The notes beneath the pieces were generated by a model. That model had not been told where the DNA came from and searched no databases. It worked only from the letters and a program-made list of their open reading frames with translations. A DNA stretch of 64,000 nucleotides, from IMG/VR virus record IMGVR_UViG_3300027413_000002; one strand, written 5' to 3'. This stretch comes from a virus. The position numbers and the translations under genes are program-made. Numbering within the stretch: position 1 is the first letter of the stretch; every line of letters starts with the position of its first letter. Below are positions 35,676-44,074 of the stretch, in pieces.

Positions 35676-36688
35676 ATTTTTCTCCATAACGAATATTTTG
35701 CTTTAGCGGAAAGACCACTAAAAGTGTTCTCTTGTATTAATTTATAAGAATCAATACCCTCGTTCTCCATCTCATTGATGTCTTTACCGCTGACATTATT
35801 TGGCCAGATAACCACATTATAACCCAGATTTATGTACTTGTCAAGCAAATTACACACCTCTTTATTTCGTGGTTGGTTGTCGAACACGATGGTAGTCTGC
35901 TCCTTAATCAACCCCAACTCATCAATCTTGTTGAAAGAAGTGCCAGCACAAGCGATGCTGTTGGGGATGAATAGACTGTCAAGTGGTGCTTCAACGACGA
36001 TAACTGGCTTGTTCTTATCGACCGTATCCATACCGTAGACAGTTGGAGCATCCTCGTTCACCTTCACGAGAATGTACCGTAGAGCCTCTCCGCGCATGCC
36101 TCGCAGCGATACAGCAGTCAACCTACCACTAGCATCCATAAATGGTATGGCTAGTCTTGGCTCAGTGGTTTTTATAGATTCTTTGTATTTCTCATTGAGA
36201 CCAACCACGTTTTGGACATTGTCCACATAATATAGTCTGCTCAGAGATTCTTTTGGTAGTCCTCGACCAAGAGCATATTCAACTGCCTCATGGTCTCGGG
36301 GGAGGATAGACAACTTATCCATCAGCTGATCAATAAGCGTCTTCTTCTTGAAGACTGGTTTGAAGTCCATCACCTTCTGAGGTTTAGAATGACCCTTACC
36401 TCTGCCAGTCTCGCCATCAGCAAACCGTTCAAGGACATACTGCTTGTAGAGAATGGTGTCGATCTCTTTCAGTAACTTACCGAACGAGCCAGACCACTGG
36501 CAGTTATGGCATTTATAGAGGAGGTCATTATTCTTCTTGAAGAGATATCCACGCATCTTGCGCTTGTTCTTCTGAGAATCGCCACAGATTGGGCAACGGA
36601 CATTGAATAGATACTCTCCCTTTCGCTTGAATAGTTCGAAGCGAGAGGAAGCCATATTCAGGTATTTAACATCTACATATAAGGACAT
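35672..36688 (-). CDS. 61: DNA primase (gp61)
   Basis: RCPICGDS, CHNC zinc finger; VEAPLDSLF, FDNQPRN, KDINE TOPRIM. Confidence 0.93.
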   Translation of the reverse strand: MSLYVDVKYLNMASSRFELFKRKGEYLFNVRCPICGDSQKNKRKMRGYLFKKNNDLLYKCHNCQWSGSFGKLLKEIDTILYKQYVLERFADGETGRGKGHSKPQKVMDFKPVFKKKTLIDQLMDKLSILPRDHEAVEYALGRGLPKESLSRLYYVDNVQNVVGLNEKYKESIKTTEPRLAIPFMDASGRLTAVSLRGMRGEALRYILVKVNEDAPTVYGMDTVDKNKPVIVVEAPLDSLFIPNSIACAGTSFNKIDELGLIKEQTTIVFDNQPRNKEVCNLLDKYINLGYNVVIWPNNVSGKDINEMENEGIDSYKLIQENTFSGLSAKAKYSLWRKI

Positions 36689-36695
36689 AATGGAT

Positions 36696-36724
36696 ATTAT
36701 GCCCCATTTCTATCTAAAAGACAA
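36696..36724 (-). promoter_or_regulatory. sigma70-type promoter directly before primase ATG
   Basis: TTGTCT-N17-CATAAT, 7 nt before ATG, no RBS. Confidence 0.6.
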
Positions 36725-36732
36725 GGATTATT

Positions 36733-37221
36733 TTAAGAAAAGATTTCAGAGATCCAGTCGAATGCACCAGCGATGAAGCCACCCAGAGCAGCAACACCCA
36801 TCATAAAGTACCCTCTTTTCTCGATGTCGTTGATACGTTGTTCGAGTTCCTGTTGATCAGAACGGATACTTTCTTCGCGGGAATCTATTGAAGTCTTGAG
36901 TTCGTCTATCGCTTCCATAATACGGGCAGCAGTATTATGCATATCTTTAGCCATCTCTTTATTCCCTGTTGTGATTCGAGAGTGCAGTTCTTTCAGATTT
37001 TCATCATTCTCAGAGCGTCTTTTCTCGACCAACTTTGTGAGATCCTCAGTATCTTGAGTTTGGCTTTTTATTTCTGTTTCATGGACAGCCAGCATCTGCT
37101 GGATGGCAATAGAGATTGTGGTCATCTTGTCGATAGATTCGTCCAATTTTCCGAACAGATCTTTCATTTGACCAACTTCCGTGGATAATACGGCTAATTT
37201 AGTTTCGACTGCTTGGGGCAC
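36733..37221 (-). CDS. coiled-coil protein with C-terminal TM
   Basis: LAVHE motif, coiled coil, hydrophobic tail. Confidence 0.7.
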   Translation of the reverse strand: MPQAVETKLAVLSTEVGQMKDLFGKLDESIDKMTTISIAIQQMLAVHETEIKSQTQDTEDLTKLVEKRRSENDENLKELHSRITTGNKEMAKDMHNTAARIMEAIDELKTSIDSREESIRSDQQELEQRINDIEKRGYFMMGVAALGGFIAGAFDWISEIFS

Positions 37222-37732
37222 GCTTCTTTTTCCTTCTTACGAGGGGCATGAAACGTGGATTTCTTCCAGGCTCACCCTTTGGTCCAACTCCAATTCCGTC
37301 AATAGCACCACCGCCTGCACTATTTGCAGCGAGGTCTTCGGTCATGAAATTATTAAATGATAGAAGATTAGAACTTTCTAATAGTTCCGCTTGTTTAATT
37401 ACTTCTTCATCTTCCATAAAGACTTCTAATAAAGCATCAACATTATCTTCATCATCTTCGGTATACTCTTCTTTAAGTATAGCCATTGCAGCTGCAAAAG
37501 TCAACAACCTTTTTGCATTGCGGTCGGGTGATTTCATTAGGGATTTTTGTACTTTGAATACAAATCGTTGAAGGAGGGAATATGCGTCCATTTCCTGAGA
37601 TGAAACTGGGTCTTTCACCTTGGTTCCATCGCGGTCAATGATGCCCATTTTGAACGCATCACTGCGCTCTATCGGGGTAGCCAACAAGCGTAGAAGCCTA
37701 TAAGCAACAACTGTATCTACGAATCTTGACAT
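37199..37732 (-). CDS. conserved T4-like hypothetical (probable head-associated) protein
   Basis: L.TP....AF..GIID..G; C-terminal AN..G.GAI.G...EP basic tail. Confidence 0.65.
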   Translation of the reverse strand: MSRFVDTVVAYRLLRLLATPIERSDAFKMGIIDRDGTKVKDPVSSQEMDAYSLLQRFVFKVQKSLMKSPDRNAKRLLTFAAAMAILKEEYTEDDEDNVDALLEVFMEDEEVIKQAELLESSNLLSFNNFMTEDLAANSAGGGAIDGIGVGPKGEPGRNPRFMPLVRRKKKRAPSSRN

Positions 37733-38100
37733 TATAGCTTCCTAAGTTCATCCAATATATTGGCGTCTAGTGGTATATCAGAATACTCATTAGACCCAAT
37801 AATTTCTAGTGGTACTCTATTTAGGTACACCAGAAAAGACTTTAATATAGCAAAGTGTTCTGGGTCTGTTTTGTAGAATAGCAACTCAGTTGCATTAGAC
37901 CCGAAAACATTATACAATACAATCAAATGATTGATGATCAGACGTTCGCTGAGAATACCATTCTTCTCATAGCGACGAAAAAGACGTTTAAGATATTTGA
38001 ATCTTTTTAGATCTTCTTCTAAATCTTCCATGCCCTCGCATTGAGGGTTATTATATTTTTTTATAGCGTAGATCAAAAAATTTGATTCATTCAATTGCAT
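37732..38100 (-). CDS. conserved T4-like hypothetical protein
   Basis: YAIK.YNNPQC...EDLKRFKYLKRL...ERLI.NH.I.LYNVFG. Confidence 0.75.
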   Translation of the reverse strand: MQLNESNFLIYAIKKYNNPQCEGMEDLEEDLKRFKYLKRLFRRYEKNGILSERLIINHLIVLYNVFGSNATELLFYKTDPEHFAILKSFLVYLNRVPLEIIGSNEYSDIPLDANILDELRKL

Positions 38101-38116
38101 AATATATTTTTTTCTT

Positions 38117-38563
38117 TTAGTTGGTAACTGCGGCAGTGCCTCCTACGACCCACCACTTAGACCCAATATATATTAGAGTCGCAGTGTCACCTTTTTCGTT
38201 GAAAACAACCGTGTCATGACCGAGATCCGAATCATCTAATGTCAACACATTACCTGTTGTATTAGATATCATCGCAATAATCTTGATTTGACCAGTCGTT
38301 CCTGCTGCAATAGTCAATGTTCCAGTCGCTCCTGGATCGCTGAGAGTTGTCACAGTCTTTGCGACCGAAACAACCCCAGCACCAGTAAGAGATTCAGAAT
38401 CATCGATAGCAACTGTTGAACCAAGTTTGACTGGAGTGTCAACATCGGCAAACAGATTTGCTATCGTGACCTTCTGACTAGCACCGCCCTTGACCAGATA
38501 CAGAGTATCGGCAGAGGCGGCAGTAGTTGCGGCAGTTAATTCACTTAACTTTTGATCAGCCAT
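38117..38563 (-). CDS. putative virion structural protein
   Basis: MADQKLSEL, Thr/Ala/Gly-rich beta content; late promoter at 38587-38594. Confidence 0.65.
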   Translation of the reverse strand: MADQKLSELTAATTAASADTLYLVKGGASQKVTIANLFADVDTPVKLGSTVAIDDSESLTGAGVVSVAKTVTTLSDPGATGTLTIAAGTTGQIKIIAMISNTTGNVLTLDDSDLGHDTVVFNEKGDTATLIYIGSKWWVVGGTAAVTN

Positions 38564-38594
38564 TTAAATACTCCTATTGTTCAAAGTATTTATA

Positions 38595-39374
38595 TTAGCT
38601 TGTAGTCAGTGTGGCAGCGTCAGATGTTACATCATCTGCGCCTGTTTTACTAACTACACAACGATACTTATTAGTTGTAAGACCAGTGTTGTCTGAAATA
38701 TTCAAGGTAGCTGTTGTTGCTGTAGAGTATACACCGCCATTTGAGATGTTACCAAACGACCCTGTACCGCCTGTCTGCAACTGCCACTGGAAGGTAATCG
38801 TGCCACCAGTTCCAGTAGATGCAGCCACTACAGTGAATGTCTCTGCTTGTCCAGCAGCTTTAGTGCTGTCAGCAGGCTGAGTAGTGATAGACAGTAAGAA
38901 GTCTTCAAACTCTGTATCTTCAGCATCACCAGTAATGCCGTTTTTCGACAATGCTACAAGTGTTTCCGAAATCTTGCGAGTACCATTTGTGCGAACGTGA
39001 ACCCAACCAGCATGACCTGCGCCAACAGCTTTGTTAGCTGCCATTTCGTTTTCGTCAACACCGAATACTGTTTCAGAAGTGAAACCAGTAACCGAGTTTG
39101 CAGCAATCATTCCTGATGGCTTTTCACTCAATGTGTAGTTTTCACCAGCACCAATAGCAGCGATTGCCGCTCCTGCTGTATCAGCATTTACCACAGTACA
39201 CGCGGTATTTGAAGCAATTGCTGTGATTCTAAAATCAATGCTGTTTGCTGTAAGAATATCTCCTACTGCTGCAGCTGTTGTAAAGGCGGTGCTATTTCCT
39301 GTAACTGCACCAGTAGTTGCCAACGCAATACTGCCTGCGCTTGTTTTATCGTCTGCTTTTCCCCAACCTGACAT
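38595..39374 (-). CDS. Ig-like domain virion protein (Hoc-like decoration)
   Basis: ITTQP...FTV.A...FQWQ...ATL...YRCVVS Ig I-set; late promoter 39407-39414. Confidence 0.75.
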   Translation of the reverse strand: MSGWGKADDKTSAGSIALATTGAVTGNSTAFTTAAAVGDILTANSIDFRITAIASNTACTVVNADTAGAAIAAIGAGENYTLSEKPSGMIAANSVTGFTSETVFGVDENEMAANKAVGAGHAGWVHVRTNGTRKISETLVALSKNGITGDAEDTEFEDFLLSITTQPADSTKAAGQAETFTVVAASTGTGGTITFQWQLQTGGTGSFGNISNGGVYSTATTATLNISDNTGLTTNKYRCVVSKTGADDVTSDAATLTTS

Positions 39375-39401
39375 TTTGTCTCTCCTATAATTGGATATTG
39401 T

Positions 39402-41327
39402 TTAACTATTTATATGTTTTTGGAATGAATCGTGTGAATCGTGAGCACTGTGCATCTTTTCTTTATCAGCAGGTCTAGCTGCAGCAGTATACTTTGACAA
39501 GTATTTATGCGCGTCTGCTTTACTGATATTATGCGAACTGCCGTCTTTAAATTTGACTGGCTTGTTAATGGTAACAGCTTTACGGAGTTGCATAACGATA
39601 TGACCGCCATGGCTTTCGTCTCCAGCTTTCTTACCTTTGTGCTCACCATCATCTTTAGTATCTTTTTTGGTGGTAGCCAAACCCTTAGAGTCTGAACGTG
39701 CATGGCGTCTTGCGTCTGCAGCTGCATCTTCTTTTACTGCAGCTTTGTAACCAGCATCAGTTTCTCTTTCTTGTCTGGCTTTCATTCTAGACAAACGCAT
39801 CAGTTTGCGTTGTGTCTTTGAGCGCATCTCCTCGGAGTCACCTGCCATATCTTCACTGACAGAATGCACTTTATAGTTGCCACCAACCTTATCCATCTTA
39901 TTACCCTTCATAGCGCGTTCCTTGGCTTTATCAGCCGTCATCGCTTTTGAAGAGTTTACGTGATTGCCCTTGCTGTCGGTATACTTCACGACATGGGTTG
40001 CGTCTTCGGAATAAGACGCTTGAATTGTTGATTTCCCGCCCATTCGTTTGCCTTGGGTAGCACTTGTATTGTGCGGGAACTTATCGGCTGGCTTCTTCTT
40101 GAATGTTTCCAGACCCGAGCCTTTGACTTTCTTAGCACCAAGACGTTCTTTCTCAGACGCTTGTGTAGCCATTCTGCTCATTGCGCCTTCTTCAACTTCT
40201 TTGTTCTCTCGGAAATCAGGGTAAGTTTTCATGCCCAGCTTTTTGCGCTTATCTTCTCTAGCTTTCTTTTCAGCTGGTGTCATCTCAGATGGTCGCTTTG
40301 CCAATGGTGCTGTAGACTTCATTAAAGATGCACGGGCTGCTGGATTGCTCATGTTGCTTTTACCAGCATCAGGACCAAATCCTCTTAACTTGATAGCTTC
40401 GTCAACTGATTCGTCTTTGGCTTTATGTGCGCCATCAACCTTATTGAAGAATGCTTTCTTTTCTTCGTCAGACATATCTTTGAGAGACTTACCAGCTTTC
40501 TTCAGCATTGCGTCAAACTTGGCTTTATATCCATCTTTGGCAGATGCAGCCATGTAGCCATATTCGTCAAGCGATTCTTCAGAGACATTCGCGCCTCGAC
40601 CGTGCTTCACAAGATACTTACCAGATGCGTCTTTGTGGACAACACCGTTATTTTTCTTGGCATGAGATGCTGCAGTTGATTGGTCAAAGGTTCCAGCGTT
40701 ATGATAGTCGCGACCTTTCTCACCTTTAGCACCGATATAGCCTTCTTCAACTTCTTCCTGACCATATTGTGCTTTTAATTTTTCGTGCTCAGCTTTTCTG
40801 TCTTTGGCTCGCTGATCAAGGTCAACACCTTTCTTCTTCAGATTCGCTTTTAATTTATCTGCAGCAGAACCCTCTTCAATTTCTTCTTCGTTCATTGAAG
40901 GTTTGGCAGCTTGGTAGGTTTTGGTTTGTTTTCTTTCGTTATGCTCGTCTTTGATTTGCTTCATGCTATAGCTTCCGTGTGGGACGCCTTTAGTCGCATG
41001 AAACTTCAACCTAGAATCAGACATCTTTGAAATTTCTTCAACTACAACTTCTTCAGTCTGATAGCGATTCTTTTGAGTGTGTTGTTTTGCCTTTTGGAAT
41101 ACTTGACTGTCACCTGTTACAATATACATCATAGACTTCATGACTGTATTGACAGCATCGCGCTCTTGTGGATTCAACGCCTTACCAGAACTCATCTTAT
41201 CCAAGCCACGGTGTAGCATCGGGAGTTGAGCAGCGGGAAGCATTCCTTGTCGTACAAGCTGATCCAGCTTCTTGTAGTCTGCAGCTTCAGCGATAAACTT
41301 AGCGCGGATTTCTTTCTCAAGTGACAT
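39402..41327 (-). CDS. large charged modular protein, probable internal head protein
   Basis: 641 aa Lys/Glu-rich, N-terminal ...KFIAE, repeated E-E/S-(V/I/L)-(E/D)-E; late promoter 41365-41372. Confidence 0.6.
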   Translation of the reverse strand: MSLEKEIRAKFIAEAADYKKLDQLVRQGMLPAAQLPMLHRGLDKMSSGKALNPQERDAVNTVMKSMMYIVTGDSQVFQKAKQHTQKNRYQTEEVVVEEISKMSDSRLKFHATKGVPHGSYSMKQIKDEHNERKQTKTYQAAKPSMNEEEIEEGSAADKLKANLKKKGVDLDQRAKDRKAEHEKLKAQYGQEEVEEGYIGAKGEKGRDYHNAGTFDQSTAASHAKKNNGVVHKDASGKYLVKHGRGANVSEESLDEYGYMAASAKDGYKAKFDAMLKKAGKSLKDMSDEEKKAFFNKVDGAHKAKDESVDEAIKLRGFGPDAGKSNMSNPAARASLMKSTAPLAKRPSEMTPAEKKAREDKRKKLGMKTYPDFRENKEVEEGAMSRMATQASEKERLGAKKVKGSGLETFKKKPADKFPHNTSATQGKRMGGKSTIQASYSEDATHVVKYTDSKGNHVNSSKAMTADKAKERAMKGNKMDKVGGNYKVHSVSEDMAGDSEEMRSKTQRKLMRLSRMKARQERETDAGYKAAVKEDAAADARRHARSDSKGLATTKKDTKDDGEHKGKKAGDESHGGHIVMQLRKAVTINKPVKFKDGSSHNISKADAHKYLSKYTAAARPADKEKMHSAHDSHDSFQKHINS

Positions 41328-41367
41328 TATCGTAATCTCCTAGGATTATTCTTTATGATTATAGTAT

Positions 41368-42981
41368 TTATAAACTCAGCTTCTTCCACTTGTAGTCTTC
41401 AATAAACTCTTCAGTGCGATCCATCATCTCATTTATGTCAATATTAGCTTCTGGAGTCTGTATCAGGTCTTCATATGTACCCATTCCAGTGGTATGATAG
41501 TGGTGGAACCACCAAGAACCAATACCGCCACCATCCCATCCTCTATTTTTTTCGGGATCAAACAATGTTTTCCCCCACTCTAAATGGGCTGTCCACCAAT
41601 TAAATCCATCATGCTTCCATCTTGCACTTGTCATTGTTGAGTATTGGTTCCAGATATATTCTTGAGCCTCCCTTGGTGCATTGATATCAGACATTTTAGC
41701 ACCAACCTCGTGGTCGTGAGTATATTCAGAGAATAATCCAGATTCTTTCCATGTACGATCAAACTCAGACTGTGCACCTTTGAACAATACATCACTCTGT
41801 TCTCCTGTTATAAACAAAGGGAAAGAGACCATATGCTCTTTTGGCATATTTTTTCTCCACCAGTTGATTCCATCCCAATAAGTCTCTGGAGTTTCGTATG
41901 GCAGACCGCAGATAAAAGAACCTGTTGCTCTATATCTTCCGCTGTTATTAGTTTCAAAATATTTTCTAGCATCAAGAAGACCTTGTTTCATTTTCTCGGT
42001 CTGTAACCCCTTACCAATAGATTTTGCAGAGGCATGGTTTAGAGATTCAATCCCGTAGAAATGTCCCCAGAATCCCATCTCACAAAGAAGTTCTTTATCC
42101 TCTGGTCTTGCTGCGAGTAGATCTGCTCGTATATACCCAGCCATATCAAGGTTGAACGGTAATTTGTTTGTTTCAGCAACAATTGCTCTCATCTTATCTT
42201 GGCTATCATTGAATGTCTCATCAGCAACAGAATATGAGGTCAGTCCCCAAGAATCATAGTTTCTCCGTAATTCGTCACCAAGATTTTCCATATCTCTGGT
42301 GTAGTCACCCTTGACACCGATTAGATTGTACGCACAGAATTTACAAGCAAACTTACACCCACGGGCAAACTCCAACGTCATATGCTCATTCGGCATAATG
42401 AAGTCTCGGTCTTCATATATTACAGTGAGGTCTTTTTGAGGAGCGCAGATGTGGTGTTTATCGCAATCGACATATTTTATTTCGTCGTGCTCAATCGTAT
42501 ATGTAACGCCAGCAGGTTTAGATTCGATTACAACAGAGGAGGGTTTACCGAGGATATGTTTCATGAGTTCGTTAAACCCATATTCCCCATAACCAAACAC
42601 AAAATAATCCACGTATTCGTGAAGATATATTCCTGTGTAGATGGCTTTACTTCCACAGACGATAGCAACATCTGGATATGTTCTTTTAATCCAAGAAAGA
42701 TAGCGGAGTGCAGTTTCTACATTCTTTCCAGTGATTGGGAATGTGAGGCTGAGACCAATAAACTTTGTATCTTTTGTGACGCGAGAACTGATCAGTTCCT
42801 TGAATTCTTCGTAATCAAATCTCAACCAGAAGTCTAACACCTCAACATCCCAGCCTTCAGTCCGCATAAAGTGCGCGATTTTATACGCACCAGCTGCTCT
42901 CTTCACGCTAGTCCAATTGGAATCTCTGATATGCATATGAGATGCTTGGAAAATTCCAAGTATCAATCCATGGTGTTTCAT
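41368..42981 (-). CDS. cobalamin-binding-domain radical SAM protein
   Basis: GAYKIA..R..G.DVEV.D, RGCKFACKFC, DETFND, GIESLN, GLPYET. Confidence 0.8.
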   Translation of the reverse strand: MKHHGLILGIFQASHMHIRDSNWTSVKRAAGAYKIAHFMRTEGWDVEVLDFWLRFDYEEFKELISSRVTKDTKFIGLSLTFPITGKNVETALRYLSWIKRTYPDVAIVCGSKAIYTGIYLHEYVDYFVFGYGEYGFNELMKHILGKPSSVVIESKPAGVTYTIEHDEIKYVDCDKHHICAPQKDLTVIYEDRDFIMPNEHMTLEFARGCKFACKFCAYNLIGVKGDYTRDMENLGDELRRNYDSWGLTSYSVADETFNDSQDKMRAIVAETNKLPFNLDMAGYIRADLLAARPEDKELLCEMGFWGHFYGIESLNHASAKSIGKGLQTEKMKQGLLDARKYFETNNSGRYRATGSFICGLPYETPETYWDGINWWRKNMPKEHMVSFPLFITGEQSDVLFKGAQSEFDRTWKESGLFSEYTHDHEVGAKMSDINAPREAQEYIWNQYSTMTSARWKHDGFNWWTAHLEWGKTLFDPEKNRGWDGGGIGSWWFHHYHTTGMGTYEDLIQTPEANIDINEMMDRTEEFIEDYKWKKLSL

Positions 42982-43008
42982 AATATAATTTATACTGGTT
43001 AAAAGGGG

Positions 43009-43602
43009 TTACGATTCGACCTTCGAGGAAGACCACTGACGACAAGACCAATAACCTGCCTTTGTTTTGTCTTTCTTATTTGCGCAATCATGTCTTGCAC
43101 GGAAGTTTGCTCGCCTTCCTGGATCGTCGCGCTTAATTTCCATATTTGGATCACCGAAACGAACTACTTTAATCTTCTTCGTTGATGGGTCGCGAACATA
43201 CACTTTAAACTTCTTGTTTGGATTCTCAGAGGTGCGAATGATATTGTTCAACTTCACACCTTTCTTTTCGCCATCTTCCATGATGGTGACGTCTTCCAGA
43301 TCTAACACTTCATCAAGATGTGCGCAATCATCGCAGCAAGCATCTTCGAGAACCATATCCTCGTCATATTCAGTATGGGCGAGGTCAGTGTCGTGATTCA
43401 ACCCACCCTTTTTCTTTTTGGTGATAAAGGCATTTACACGAGCATGACCCCATTGCTGTGGAGTGGTTCCTGGACGGTGACCAGTCTTCCAAGCAGCAAC
43501 GCCACGGTTGTAAACTTTGCGGAGAGTTGCGACCGAGATGCCTGACTTCTTAGACTTGTCAGCCATTGCACCTTCGATGAGTTGATCTTGAAAACTAAGC
43601 AT
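43009..43602 (-). CDS. two-module basic protein, probable internal head protein
   Basis: Start MLSFQDQLIE; VYNRG.AAW...QQW..ARVN and FGDP...FRARH.C...YWSC modules. Confidence 0.65.
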   Translation of the reverse strand: MLSFQDQLIEGAMADKSKKSGISVATLRKVYNRGVAAWKTGHRPGTTPQQWGHARVNAFITKKKKGGLNHDTDLAHTEYDEDMVLEDACCDDCAHLDEVLDLEDVTIMEDGEKKGVKLNNIIRTSENPNKKFKVYVRDPSTKKIKVVRFGDPNMEIKRDDPGRRANFRARHDCANKKDKTKAGYWSCRQWSSSKVES

Positions 43603-43606
43603 CTTC

Positions 43607-44074
43607 TTATCCTTTATGCATTTTACTTGAGTCATACTTGATAGCATGAACAGGGGTCACTCTAGACCCATGGTAAGTGTTATGTGTAAGACGAGTATTA
43701 CCAGCCAACAGGTGAGTGTGACCTGTATGTGTATCATGAAGAACGATAGGTTTTTGCATCGATTTACCAGACTTGAATTGTTTAGTGACTCGAGCGTGTT
43801 TCGTCTTATCAATATCTCCTAGTTTTGGTCTAGAACCAGCATCAGTATTACCGACTTTCTTAGCAGACATCGGTGTAATCTTCATTGGTTTACCAGACTT
43901 CATAGCCTTATGATAGTTCTCAGGATTCTTCAAATGATTCAACATTTTATGAACGTGATGTGGGTATGCACCGTGTGGATCACCAGCCTGTGTGTGCACT
44001 TCATCGTGCTCGTCAGTATGGTGAGGTGTTTTCCATTCGCGGTCTTCAATAAAAAAATCTCTAAGTCTTTTCAT
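43607..44074 (-). CDS. ParB/Srx-like domain protein, His-rich
   Basis: PIV...LLAGNTRL motif; N-terminal MKRLRDFFIE. Confidence 0.5.
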   Translation of the reverse strand: MKRLRDFFIEDREWKTPHHTDEHDEVHTQAGDPHGAYPHHVHKMLNHLKNPENYHKAMKSGKPMKITPMSAKKVGNTDAGSRPKLGDIDKTKHARVTKQFKSGKSMQKPIVLHDTHTGHTHLLAGNTRLTHNTYHGSRVTPVHAIKYDSSKMHKG

